Source: an uncultured Candidatus Saccharibacteria bacterium
Lineage (GTDB): Bacteria; Patescibacteriota; WWE3; UBA101185; 2-01-FULL-41-18
Length of the DNA: 63,172 bases
Direction of reading: 5' to 3'
NCBI GenBank assembly: GCA_964636285.1
Contig: CAZWQF010000007.1
Span: 1 to 63,172, forward strand
Shown here piece after piece: positions 47,398 to 56,614 of this stretch. The notes below the pieces were generated by a model that saw nothing but the letters and a program-made list of their open reading frames with translations, was not told where the DNA came from and searched no databases. A program made the position numbers and the translations under genes. Position 1 is the first letter of the stretch. Every line of letters starts with the position of its first letter.

Positions 47398-48531
47398 ATG
47401 CACATTTTGTATGTCTTAAATTCAGACAAACCAGGTGGAATGGAGAAGCATGTTGGGGACTTAGTGAGCGGTATGACAGCCTTAAGCCATAAGGTAACTG
47501 TAGTTTGTCCAAGGAGTGAGCTTTCTGACTGGTTTATAAATCTTGGTGCTAATGTTATTAATCTTAAGGTTAAGTCTGAAGTTGATTTTTCCTATATACG
47601 GGCTTTATCTCAGAAAATTAAAGCTATTAAACCTGACGTGATTCATGCTCATGAACTTAAAGCAGTTTCTCATTCGCTTATTACAGCGTTTTTTTGCGGT
47701 TTAAAAATTAGAATTACTCACACTCATACACCAATTTCAAGGTGGAAAATACCTCTTTATAAAAGAATAATAAATATTGTTGCCAATTCAATTCTAGTAA
47801 ACCTATTTGCTACAAAAGAAGTTGCACTTAACTCGATTGTTAAATTGGAAAAAGAGCATGAGGGCATTTTAAGCTCAAAATTGCTAGTTCTTTCTAATGG
47901 AATAGATTATGAAGGCCTCCAGATTTCACAAGAAGATAGGAATGAATACAGATTTGAAGTATTAGAAAATCTATCCATCCCCAAAGATTCAAATGTAGTT
48001 GGGAACATATCAAGACTCTCCGCCGAAAAGGGTCACAGTGTTTTGCTTGAAGCTGTTGCAGAGCTTAAAAACAGAGGGAAGTATGTGTATTGCATACTTG
48101 CAGGTGGGGGAGTTCTTCATGAAGAGCTTACCGAGCTTTCAAAAAAACTAGGAATCTTTGAGCAGGTGAGAATCACAGGAGTGTTTAATGATGATGAAAA
48201 AGTTAAATATCTTTCCACCTTTGATGTTCTCGTCTTTCCTAGTTTGGCTGAAGGGTTTGGATATGTCCCAGTTGAATCAATGGCTTTTGGAGTTCCAGTA
48301 CTAGCTTCAAATTTGCCGGTACTTAAAGAGGTTTGTATGGAAAATATAAACTATTTTAAGGTAGGAGATTCTATGTCTCTTGCTGATTCACTTGAGGGGA
48401 TGTTGGCAAGAAAAGATCAGGTGGTTATGGATGCTAAAAATTTTGTCAGAAACAATTATTCCCTGGAAGTGTTTTGGTCAAAGTATAATAATTTATATAC
48501 AAAACTGTATGAGAGTTCTGTTTCAAAGTAG
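47398..48531 (+). CDS. GT4-family glycosyltransferase
   Basis: MHILYVLNSDKPGGMEKHV, RLSAEKGHSVLLEA and LAEGFGYVPVESMAFGVPVLASNLPVLKEV. Confidence 0.8.
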   Translation: MHILYVLNSDKPGGMEKHVGDLVSGMTALSHKVTVVCPRSELSDWFINLGANVINLKVKSEVDFSYIRALSQKIKAIKPDVIHAHELKAVSHSLITAFFCGLKIRITHTHTPISRWKIPLYKRIINIVANSILVNLFATKEVALNSIVKLEKEHEGILSSKLLVLSNGIDYEGLQISQEDRNEYRFEVLENLSIPKDSNVVGNISRLSAEKGHSVLLEAVAELKNRGKYVYCILAGGGVLHEELTELSKKLGIFEQVRITGVFNDDEKVKYLSTFDVLVFPSLAEGFGYVPVESMAFGVPVLASNLPVLKEVCMENINYFKVGDSMSLADSLEGMLARKDQVVMDAKNFVRNNYSLEVFWSKYNNLYTKLYESSVSK

Positions 48532-49639
48532 AGTAGACCTTCTCCAAAAAAAAGGCGGGGATACCGTTCAGGTAATAAAAACAGCCGAGGAACTTAGAAA
48601 ACTTGGCGTTGAAGTAGACTTAGATTGCAATATAGGTGCCCAAGTCGATTCGTATGATTTGGTGCATGTTTTTCAGCTGGATTGGGTATGCGAATCGTAT
48701 CTTCATGTACTCAATGCTAAAAAGGCTGGGAAGAAAGTAGTTTTATCGCCTATTCACCATTCAGAAAAAGAGGTAAAGCAGTATGAAAAAGAGGAACGCT
48801 ACACATTTAGAAGAGTCTCAAATATTTTTATCACATCTCAGGAGTTTTTAGACGTACTGAAGAATGTATACAGATCATTTTTTGATTTGAGAAAGCTGTA
48901 TCCAACACTCCTTTCAATAAAAGATGGTTTTAGGAATCAGCAGAAAAAAGTTCTTAAAATGAGTGACGCAATTCTTACACAAACAGACAAAGAATTTCAG
49001 TTTTTAAAGAGAGATTTTGGAGTTGATATTTCTTGCGTAAAGATTCAGCTTGGAGTGTCAGACGATTTTTTAAATCCTATCAAGAAAAAATATTTTGATT
49101 TTAGCGACTATATTTTGACTGTAGGTAGGATTGAGCCAAGAAAGAACCAATTAAAAATCATTGAGGCAGTAAAACTTTTGAACAAAACAAAAGGACTAAA
49201 TCTGAAGCTTGTCATTGTGGGTTCGTTGAATTCAAATAATTTTGAGTACTACATGAGATTTAATAGGCTCCTAAAAGAAAATAACTTTGTTGAGTATGTC
49301 CCAAAAGTTAATTATGAAGATATGCCTTCAGTCTATAATGGGGCAAAGGTTTGTGTAAGTGGGAGCTACTTTGAAACTACCGGACTAACACTAATTGAAG
49401 CAGCCCTTTCTGGAACGAATGTAGTAGCAAGAAATGGAGACACAGGGGAGGTAGTTAGGGAATATCTAGGTGACATTCCAGAGTATTGCAACCCTTCGAG
49501 CATAGAATCTATTTCTGAAGCTATTTTTAGAGCTTATAAAAAAGAAAGACCTGAAATTTCAAACGAATTTAGAAATAAGTATACCTGGGCTAATGTGGCA
49601 AAGGAGACGCTTAAAGTTTATAATGAGCTCGTAAAATGA
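48509..49639 (+). CDS. GT4-family glycosyltransferase
   Basis: The ATG at 48509 (MRVLFQSRVDLLQKKGGDTVQV) is the first plausible start, giving a 23-nt overlap with the upstream gene; the track ORF starts at 48380. RIEPRKNQLKIIEA and YFETTGLTLIEAALSGTNVVA are present. Confidence 0.75.
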   Translation: MRVLFQSRVDLLQKKGGDTVQVIKTAEELRKLGVEVDLDCNIGAQVDSYDLVHVFQLDWVCESYLHVLNAKKAGKKVVLSPIHHSEKEVKQYEKEERYTFRRVSNIFITSQEFLDVLKNVYRSFFDLRKLYPTLLSIKDGFRNQQKKVLKMSDAILTQTDKEFQFLKRDFGVDISCVKIQLGVSDDFLNPIKKKYFDFSDYILTVGRIEPRKNQLKIIEAVKLLNKTKGLNLKLVIVGSLNSNNFEYYMRFNRLLKENNFVEYVPKVNYEDMPSVYNGAKVCVSGSYFETTGLTLIEAALSGTNVVARNGDTGEVVREYLGDIPEYCNPSSIESISEAIFRAYKKERPEISNEFRNKYTWANVAKETLKVYNELVK

Positions 49640-52600
49640 TTTCAGAGATTTTTCTTGTAATATCAATATTTGCGCTATGCGCGTTTTTAGCTTATGAGGA
49701 CTTAAGATCTGCTTTTATTTTTTTACTTCTTGTTTCGCCCCTGTTACATAAGGAGGTTTTTAGCCTTGTTAGGTGGGATCTTTTGCCAATTAGAGTGGTC
49801 ATGCTTGCAATTCTTTCAGTGAGTGTTGTCAAATTTGTTAGTTGGCTCATTAAAAAAAGGAATATGCAGGATGTTAAAAGCTACTTTAGAGATCCTTTTC
49901 TGATTGCGCTTTTGTTTTTATGGTTATCTAGGCTTATTTCGTTTGTTAATACAAGGAATATGCAGGCTTCCATCCTAATTTTTGGATTTTTCACAACTGT
50001 AGTTTTTCTATACTTTTTACTCAATTACCTTGCTATCAGGTACGGTGAGAAGTTTATTTTTTCTAATATAAAGTTTTATTCTTTTGTAGCTTTTGCAACA
50101 GCGTTTATAGCCCTTGTTCAATTTTTTATAGAAAAGTACACGGGTTTTGCTTTTGGGGCTATTTGGAGAATACCAGGAAAATTATCAAGAGTAGGCTCTG
50201 TGTTCTGGGATGTTAATCACTACGCGGGCTTTTTGGCGTCAATGATTCCTGTAGTTTTTGGTCTATTTTTGGTAGCAAAAACACGAGTTGCAAAAGGGTT
50301 TTATGGATTTTCAACTCTATTCATGATTGGAATATTGTTCCTCACAAACTCTAGAAGTGCCTGGATTGGTTTTGGTGTAATGTCGTTTTTTGTCTTGAGC
50401 TCACTTTTTATACTGAAGTTTGGCGCAAAAAGTTTGATACCTGTTTTTATTACTGTAGCGCTTTTATCCGGAGGGCTGTTTAAACTGTATTCAACCGAAG
50501 GGAGTTTTGTTAGAGAGAGAATAAATGGTTATTTGCAGTACAGGGGCGACTCATTCGCATCCCATATCTTCTTGCTACAAGGCGCCTTTGAAGTGTTCAG
50601 CAGATACCCGGTGATTGGTGGTGGGTATGGAAGTTTTTATGAACATTTTAAAGACGCGCCAATTGCCCCAACATATTATTCAAGAGATCCGGCAGCCTTG
50701 TCTGGTAGGGTTCCAGCACACAGTATATGGGGAGAGCTTCTTGCTGAAACAGGAACACTTGGAACTTTTGCTTTTGTACTCTTAGCCCTCACTTTTTTTG
50801 CCACGCTGTATTATGCCTATTCACTTGAGACAACAAAACGCGGAAAAGCGCTAATGCTTTGCTTGACCGCACCAATGCTAGGTTATTTGGTTTCTGGAAT
50901 CTTTTACTCTTACAACGGCGAGTTTTTTTGGATAGTCTTGTTCCTTTCGTTCATGTATGCCAAGACCAGACTTGGAAAAAATTTCTCGGTTGAGGACGTT
51001 GTCAGGTTTTCAATGTCAAAGCACCTCCTTTTTGTATTTGTCATAAGCATAGTTTCTGGTCTACTAATTTTTGTAAATCTAGGGCATAACGGACTTATTC
51101 CTTGGGACGAAGCGATCTATGCAAAAATCTCAAAAAATATAGTTAAGAGTGGGGATTTTCTTACTTTAAGGTGGGATGCGGAGAAGCCTTGGTATGAAAA
51201 GCCACCTTTGTACTTTTGGATTAGCGCCATGTTTATGAAAGGTTTTGGAATTTCAGAGCTTACTGTGAAGATCACCTCAGCCCTTGCTGGATTTGCTACT
51301 ATACTCTTAACTTACGCTATAGGTAGTTTATACTTTTCAAAACTTAAAGGCTTTCTTGCTGCAATGATGCTGGCAGGAACAGTTCAGTTTATCTACTATT
51401 CAAGAGTTGGGATGCTTGATGTTACCCTTTCTTTGTTTATTATTGGGGCTTTATTATCCTATCTTGCAGTTCTAAATAGCAGATCAAAAGTTATCTACTG
51501 GGTGGTGTTAGGTATGTTCTCGGGATTAGCTGTAATGACAAAAGGGGCTTCTGGTTTGGTAGTTGTTCCTTGTGTTTTACTTTCAGAATTAATTCTCAGA
51601 CAAAAACCAAATCTAAAAGGCTATGCAGCTTACTTTTTTGCCTTCCTCCTAATAGCTTTGCCTTGGCACGTGTACCAATACGTAACATTTGGGAAGAGCT
51701 TTATTGATAATTACATTGGATACCATGTGATAAAAAGGGCAACGGAATCAATCGAAGGAAAAGGGGAGCCATTTTATTGGTATTTTACTGTACTTAAGGT
51801 TGGTATGAGAATTTGGTTTATTCCTTTGATAGCATCAATTCTTCTCTATGTGGTGTCGCTAGTCTCAAGAAAATTGAAGTTGAGTTATAGTAGCGATGCT
51901 TCCTTAGGTTATGACAATAACTATATCTCAACACTGCTTTGGTTCGCACTAATTTTTGCTTACTTTTCTTCCTCGGTATCAAAATTGGTTTGGTATATCA
52001 TGCCTTTATACCCCATAGGTGCACTTCTTGCCTCCGACTTTATAGTTAGGGTGACTTATTTTGTTACATCTAGATTTAATTTTCATTATGCTAGAACACT
52101 TAGAATTATTGTTGTATCTATAATTGCTACCTCAGGGCTTTTATACCTCTCTTACTATAGAGAAATGGCTTATGCCTCAGATTTTACAGGTCCAACTGCA
52201 AGACTAATTAAATTAAAAGATTCTCAAGTAGGGGTTAGTGAGACACTTTATTACGACAGGATTGAAAAACCGCTTCCGCTCTTTTATACAGACGGGCCAA
52301 TTGAAGCAGTGGATTACAATCCTTTAGTTAGAGTTATTAGTGACGCAGAGTTTTCAGAGTCTGTTGTATATATCACAAAGAATTCAAGGTATCAGAAACT
52401 GTCAGTGATGTTTCCAAACACCGAAATGCTTGGGCAATCGGAAGATTTTACACTTGCAAGAGTTAAGTCAGACCAAGAGATTTTGGATTCTAAAATATCA
52501 ATACTCAAGAAAGACATCGAATGGGCCTCACAAGAGTCCGTCAAAGGGAATCCAGACGCTATAGCAAGAGTGCCGTTTCTACCTGAGATGAATAAAAAAT

Positions 52601-52668
52601 TGAAGTGCTTCTTAGAAGAAAAAGAAACAAAATTACTTGGTAAAGATCCCGCTTTTATCTGCGAATAA
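49636..52668 (+). CDS. fusion protein: N-terminal O-antigen ligase/polymerase-like (Wzy_C-type) module plus C-terminal ArnT/PMT-like GT-C module
   Basis: The N-terminal half has WDVNHYAGFLA, LTNSRSAWIGFGVMSFF and IGGGYGSFYEHF, the O-antigen-ligase family pattern. The C-terminal half has LIPWDEAIYAKISKNIVKSGDFLTLRWDAEKPWYEKPPLYFWISAMFMKGFG and TKGASGLVV, the ArnT-like pattern. It is one uninterrupted 1010-aa ORF. Confidence 0.65.
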   Translation: MISEIFLVISIFALCAFLAYEDLRSAFIFLLLVSPLLHKEVFSLVRWDLLPIRVVMLAILSVSVVKFVSWLIKKRNMQDVKSYFRDPFLIALLFLWLSRLISFVNTRNMQASILIFGFFTTVVFLYFLLNYLAIRYGEKFIFSNIKFYSFVAFATAFIALVQFFIEKYTGFAFGAIWRIPGKLSRVGSVFWDVNHYAGFLASMIPVVFGLFLVAKTRVAKGFYGFSTLFMIGILFLTNSRSAWIGFGVMSFFVLSSLFILKFGAKSLIPVFITVALLSGGLFKLYSTEGSFVRERINGYLQYRGDSFASHIFLLQGAFEVFSRYPVIGGGYGSFYEHFKDAPIAPTYYSRDPAALSGRVPAHSIWGELLAETGTLGTFAFVLLALTFFATLYYAYSLETTKRGKALMLCLTAPMLGYLVSGIFYSYNGEFFWIVLFLSFMYAKTRLGKNFSVEDVVRFSMSKHLLFVFVISIVSGLLIFVNLGHNGLIPWDEAIYAKISKNIVKSGDFLTLRWDAEKPWYEKPPLYFWISAMFMKGFGISELTVKITSALAGFATILLTYAIGSLYFSKLKGFLAAMMLAGTVQFIYYSRVGMLDVTLSLFIIGALLSYLAVLNSRSKVIYWVVLGMFSGLAVMTKGASGLVVVPCVLLSELILRQKPNLKGYAAYFFAFLLIALPWHVYQYVTFGKSFIDNYIGYHVIKRATESIEGKGEPFYWYFTVLKVGMRIWFIPLIASILLYVVSLVSRKLKLSYSSDASLGYDNNYISTLLWFALIFAYFSSSVSKLVWYIMPLYPIGALLASDFIVRVTYFVTSRFNFHYARTLRIIVVSIIATSGLLYLSYYREMAYASDFTGPTARLIKLKDSQVGVSETLYYDRIEKPLPLFYTDGPIEAVDYNPLVRVISDAEFSESVVYITKNSRYQKLSVMFPNTEMLGQSEDFTLARVKSDQEILDSKISILKKDIEWASQESVKGNPDAIARVPFLPEMNKKLKCFLEEKETKLLGKDPAFICE

Positions 52669-53839
52669 GCTTAATTCCTATTACGGTAACTAATAAAAAT
52701 AAGGATGCTACTATCAGGTTAACATAAGCAAGTCCTGCTACCCCATAACTTAAACATGCAAAATAGCCTATTACTGCTAGAGTAGTAACTTTGACAAAGC
52801 TAATCCCAAGGAGTTTCTTTGTTGATTCGGTTACAAAGAAAAAGTTATCCAAAAATAAGCACACAGCATTGACCCCTCCCGTAACGGCAAGTATTTTTAG
52901 AATAAAGATAGATTCAACATATTTTTGTCCAAAAAGATTTGATATAACAGGTGACGCAGTCATAACAATTACCGTTACGGAAAATATAACGATTACTATT
53001 AGTGGGATAAGTTGATTAAAGCTATAGTTGTTTGTTAGTTTAAAATCCTTAGCTTTTTTTGGTAAGAGTACCGTAAAAATTGAGAGGCCTACGAGTGTCA
53101 TTATTGATGCTATCTTATCCGCGAATGTAAATACTCCAAGCTCGTGTGTGCTAAGAGTAAAGTAGAGTAACGACCCGTTAATAGCCGGTATACTAAGGTT
53201 TAACATTTGGGAAAACCCTCCGGGAAAACCAAGCCTTATTAGATTTTCAATATCAGTCTTTAAATTAACGTTTTTTGATAAATCTACACTTGGTAAGAGT
53301 GGGAAAATTAGGACACTTGCAAGTAGTGCTAAGAGGTAGATCCCAAGGACTTGACTACCTGTTGTTTTAAAAAATTCAAACCATATAGCAGCTCCAAACA
53401 GAAGCTTAAGCCCAGCAGGTAGAGAATTAACTAGGGTTGTACCTAAAAACTTTTCTTTTTCCTGAAAAACAGCAAATAAGTAGTCGTTTAAAGCGTATCC
53501 AACAAACCCCACAAAAAACAAAACTACGTTTGTTAAGTTAAACTGTGCGTAGATATAAAGTACTACAAGAGTGAATAAGAATGCGAGTATGGTCATTCCA
53601 ACCTTAAGTGTAAGTAAGCCAAGAAAGGGACTCCTATTTTGCTTAACACTAAAGGACACAAAAGAGGACGTAGTTCCAAGCTCAGTGAGTTTTGCTGTAA
53701 GTATAAATATGGATGTGAGAAGTGCAAAAGTTCCATACTCTGAAACACTTAACACCTTAGCTGCAGCTAATACAAAGACAAATCCTCCAAGAGCATTTAC
53801 AATATTTCCAGTCCCTACAATGAATAGATTTTTAATCAT
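52655..53839 (-). CDS. Wzx/MOP-superfamily polysaccharide flippase
   Basis: NIVNALGGFVFVLAAAKVLSVSEYGTFALLTSI; about 12 TM segments. Its 3' end overlaps the convergent fusion gene by 14 nt. Confidence 0.65.
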   Translation of the reverse strand: MIKNLFIVGTGNIVNALGGFVFVLAAAKVLSVSEYGTFALLTSIFILTAKLTELGTTSSFVSFSVKQNRSPFLGLLTLKVGMTILAFLFTLVVLYIYAQFNLTNVVLFFVGFVGYALNDYLFAVFQEKEKFLGTTLVNSLPAGLKLLFGAAIWFEFFKTTGSQVLGIYLLALLASVLIFPLLPSVDLSKNVNLKTDIENLIRLGFPGGFSQMLNLSIPAINGSLLYFTLSTHELGVFTFADKIASIMTLVGLSIFTVLLPKKAKDFKLTNNYSFNQLIPLIVIVIFSVTVIVMTASPVISNLFGQKYVESIFILKILAVTGGVNAVCLFLDNFFFVTESTKKLLGISFVKVTTLAVIGYFACLSYGVAGLAYVNLIVASLFLLVTVIGIKLIRR

Positions 53840-53898
53840 TGAGAAAAGTATAGATTACCTTTTTGCTTTTTGGTAGTTTATGCCCTAATAATTAACCT

Positions 53899-54864
53899 AT
53901 GGTTTCGCTAATAAGTACTGTTTTTAATGAAGCAAAGAACATCCATAAATTAGTCCTTAGCTTAAAATCGCAAACTGTATTGCCCGATGAGGTTGTAGTT
54001 GTAGATGCAGGCTCATCAGATGCTACGGTAACTTCCTTAAAATCGGGCATTTCACACCCTAACCTTAACATTATTGTAGAGAATGGGGTGGGCAGGTCTG
54101 CTGGTAGAAATCTTGCCATTAAGTCCTCAAGCTCTGACATCATTGTAGCTTGTGACGCGGGTACAGCCCTCTCATTAAATTTTGTTGAAGCCTTATCAAA
54201 ACCTCTTATTTCAGATCCAAAAATTGATGTTGTCTGTGGTTTTTTTAAACCAGACGTATCCAATTTTTTTGAGCAGTGCCTTGCTTCTGCAACAATCCCA
54301 ATTCTAGAGGAGATTGAAGAAGATAGATTTTTACCATCTTCAAGATCGGTAGCTTTTAGGAAAACCGCATGGGAAAAAGTTGGAGGTTACCCTGAATGGC
54401 TTCCTATATGTGAGGACCTTATTTTTGATTTAAAATTGAAAAAGGCAGGATATAAATTTAAATTTGAGCCAAACGTTATAGCCTTCTGGAAGCCAAGAGA
54501 GAGTGTAAGGTCTTTTTTTAAGCAGTATTTTTTGTATGCAAAGGGCGACGGTCACGCAAAACTTTGGGCAATTAGGCATTTAATTAGGTATTCCGCCTAC
54601 ATAACTGGTTTTTTGATTTTGTATCTTTCCTTTAGCGTTTCATTCTTGTGGTTACTTCCTTTCTTTGCAGCTCAGCTTGGATATTTTAGTAAGTTTTTCT
54701 ATAGATACCTTGGACATTTTGAGCACCAAGATGAGTTCGCAATAATAAAAGCTGTTCCTCTGATCTCATTTTTGGTAGTAGTAGGGGATATAGCAAAAAT
54801 GATAGGATATCCCATAGGTATATACGATAGATTATCCGGCAAAATTAAGTTTGAGGCTTGGTAA
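53899..54864 (+). CDS. GT2-family glycosyltransferase with C-terminal TM segments
   Basis: VSLISTVFNEAKNI, VVVVDAGSSD and VACDAGT; C-terminal hydrophobic helices. Confidence 0.7.
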   Translation: MVSLISTVFNEAKNIHKLVLSLKSQTVLPDEVVVVDAGSSDATVTSLKSGISHPNLNIIVENGVGRSAGRNLAIKSSSSDIIVACDAGTALSLNFVEALSKPLISDPKIDVVCGFFKPDVSNFFEQCLASATIPILEEIEEDRFLPSSRSVAFRKTAWEKVGGYPEWLPICEDLIFDLKLKKAGYKFKFEPNVIAFWKPRESVRSFFKQYFLYAKGDGHAKLWAIRHLIRYSAYITGFLILYLSFSVSFLWLLPFFAAQLGYFSKFFYRYLGHFEHQDEFAIIKAVPLISFLVVVGDIAKMIGYPIGIYDRLSGKIKFEAW

Positions 54865-54879
54865 TTCTGACAAAAATAT

Positions 54880-56004
54880 ATGAAGGTTGCGTTAATTCAT
54901 GACGACCTAATACAGTTTGGTGGGGCTGAAAGGCTCCTTCTTGCCCTTCACGAAATCTGGCCTGAAGCACCAATCTATACTTCCATTGCATCTAGCGAAT
55001 GGCTTGATCTTGCTTCAAAGCAAAATATTAAAATAGTAACCTCTTTTATGCAAAAACTTCCAAACGCAGTTTCTTGGCATAAATACTACGCGCCAACACT
55101 TTTATATTTAAATGCTTTTGAAAGCTTTGATTTATCGGGGTATGACTTGGTTGTTTCTTCGTCATCAAGGTTTGCACACGGAGTAATTACAAAACCAGGA
55201 ACAAAGCATGTTGCAATCTGCCATTCGCCAAATAGAGCTGCCTGGGATTTTGGAACCTATCTTAAAAACGAAAAGATTGGAGGGGTAAAGAGGCTTCTCT
55301 TAAGTCTTGCTTCATTATCATTAAGTTATATCAGACTTTGGGATTTTACTGCGTACCAGAGATTAGATACCATATTTTCAAATTCGGTAAATGTCAAAAA
55401 TAAAGTGAAACGATTTTACCTCAGGGATTCTGTAATTGTTCACCCTTTTGCTGATGTATTGGGGTTTACTTCAAGTTCTGTAGAGGCTCATAAAAGCGAA
55501 AGGCCGTACTACCTGGTACTGTCTAGACTGGTTTCCTGGAAGCAAATTGAGGTGGCAATCAAAGCATGCGAAGGCCTTGGAGTGGATCTAGTGGTTGCTG
55601 GAGAAGGTCCAGATCTTTCAAGACTTAAATCAATTTCGAACGGATCTACAAAGTTTTTAGGTAGGGTTTCAGAAAATGACAAGATATCGTTAATAAAAGG
55701 TTGCCAGGCTGTGCTTTTTCCTCAAAGTGAGGACTTTGGCATTGTTCCTGTTGAAGCCATGGCTTGTGGAAAGCCTGTGATAGCATTTGCTGAAGGTGGC
55801 GCCTTGGAGACTATTGTCCCTGGAAAAACGGGACTTCTTTTTGCTGAGCAGACACCAGAAAGCCTTGCCACAACAATCAAAAGCTTCAATCCCGCATCAT
55901 TTATGCCTCAAGATTGTCTTCAAAGAGCAAAGGAGTTTGATAAAACCATATTTATTGATAGAATCAGGGCCTTAATTGATAGTCTTTATGTACCCACTAA
56001 TTAA
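54880..56004 (+). CDS. GT4-family glycosyltransferase
   Basis: MKVALIHDDLIQFGGAERL, SRLVSWKQIEVAI and SEDFGIVPVEAMACGKPVIAFAEGGALETIVPGKTGLLF. Confidence 0.8.
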   Translation: MKVALIHDDLIQFGGAERLLLALHEIWPEAPIYTSIASSEWLDLASKQNIKIVTSFMQKLPNAVSWHKYYAPTLLYLNAFESFDLSGYDLVVSSSSRFAHGVITKPGTKHVAICHSPNRAAWDFGTYLKNEKIGGVKRLLLSLASLSLSYIRLWDFTAYQRLDTIFSNSVNVKNKVKRFYLRDSVIVHPFADVLGFTSSSVEAHKSERPYYLVLSRLVSWKQIEVAIKACEGLGVDLVVAGEGPDLSRLKSISNGSTKFLGRVSENDKISLIKGCQAVLFPQSEDFGIVPVEAMACGKPVIAFAEGGALETIVPGKTGLLFAEQTPESLATTIKSFNPASFMPQDCLQRAKEFDKTIFIDRIRALIDSLYVPTN

Positions 56005-56614
56005 AAGACTTATGGACATATTAATATCCCTTGTGGCTCTGGTAATTTTGTTACCTTTAAACCTTGTAGTAATGATTCTAATTTTTATTGAGGACGGAGG
56101 ATTTCCACTATATTCCCAGGAGAGGGTTGGTATGCATAGGGAGCACTTCAGGTTTTTTAAGTTCCGATCAATGGTAAAAAATGCTGATGATCTTCTCTTT
56201 AGCAATCCAAAACTTTTAAACAAGCTAAGGACTGGAAATCATAAACTTAAGGATGATCCAAGAATTACAAAGATTGGTAAATTCATCAGAAAGTACAGTA
56301 TTGATGAGGTTCCACAGTTCATTAATGTGCTAAAGGGGGATATGAGTTTTGTAGGTCCAAGGCCCTTTAGGCCAGATGAGCTGGAGAAGTACGAGATTAA
56401 AGAAAAGAAAATTAGCTCTGCCGCAGTGGATCAGTTGCTGTCGGTTAAGCCTGGTATCACTGGCTTGTGGCAGACAGGAGGTCGATCAGATGTTACATTT
56501 GACCAACGAGTGGATATAGAACTCAGGTATGTAAAGAATTGCTCTTTTATGCTTGATTTGTATATAATTCTCAAGACCCCAATTGCAGTAGTTCAAGCGA
56601 AAGGAGCTTTATAA
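55988..56614 (+). CDS. small monotopic phosphoglycosyl transferase (bacterial sugar transferase, PglC/WbaP C-terminal type); initiating enzyme
   Basis: KRLMDILISLVALVILLPL re-entrant helix, YSQERVG, FFKFRSM and DEVPQFINVLKGDMSFVGPRP. Confidence 0.85.
   Translation: MYPLIKRLMDILISLVALVILLPLNLVVMILIFIEDGGFPLYSQERVGMHREHFRFFKFRSMVKNADDLLFSNPKLLNKLRTGNHKLKDDPRITKIGKFIRKYSIDEVPQFINVLKGDMSFVGPRPFRPDELEKYEIKEKKISSAAVDQLLSVKPGITGLWQTGGRSDVTFDQRVDIELRYVKNCSFMLDLYIILKTPIAVVQAKGAL

Noticed and set aside
48546-48553. Homopolymer tracts as phase-variation switches in glycosyltransferase genes: A8 near the 5' end of the 48509 gene, a T8 run in the 13622 gene near 14336, and an A8 run in galU near 36460.
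   Set aside because: Runs of 7-8 A or T are expected frequently in DNA of about 32% GC. They are not concentrated at 5' ends, and none is long enough to argue for slipped-strand regulation without population data.
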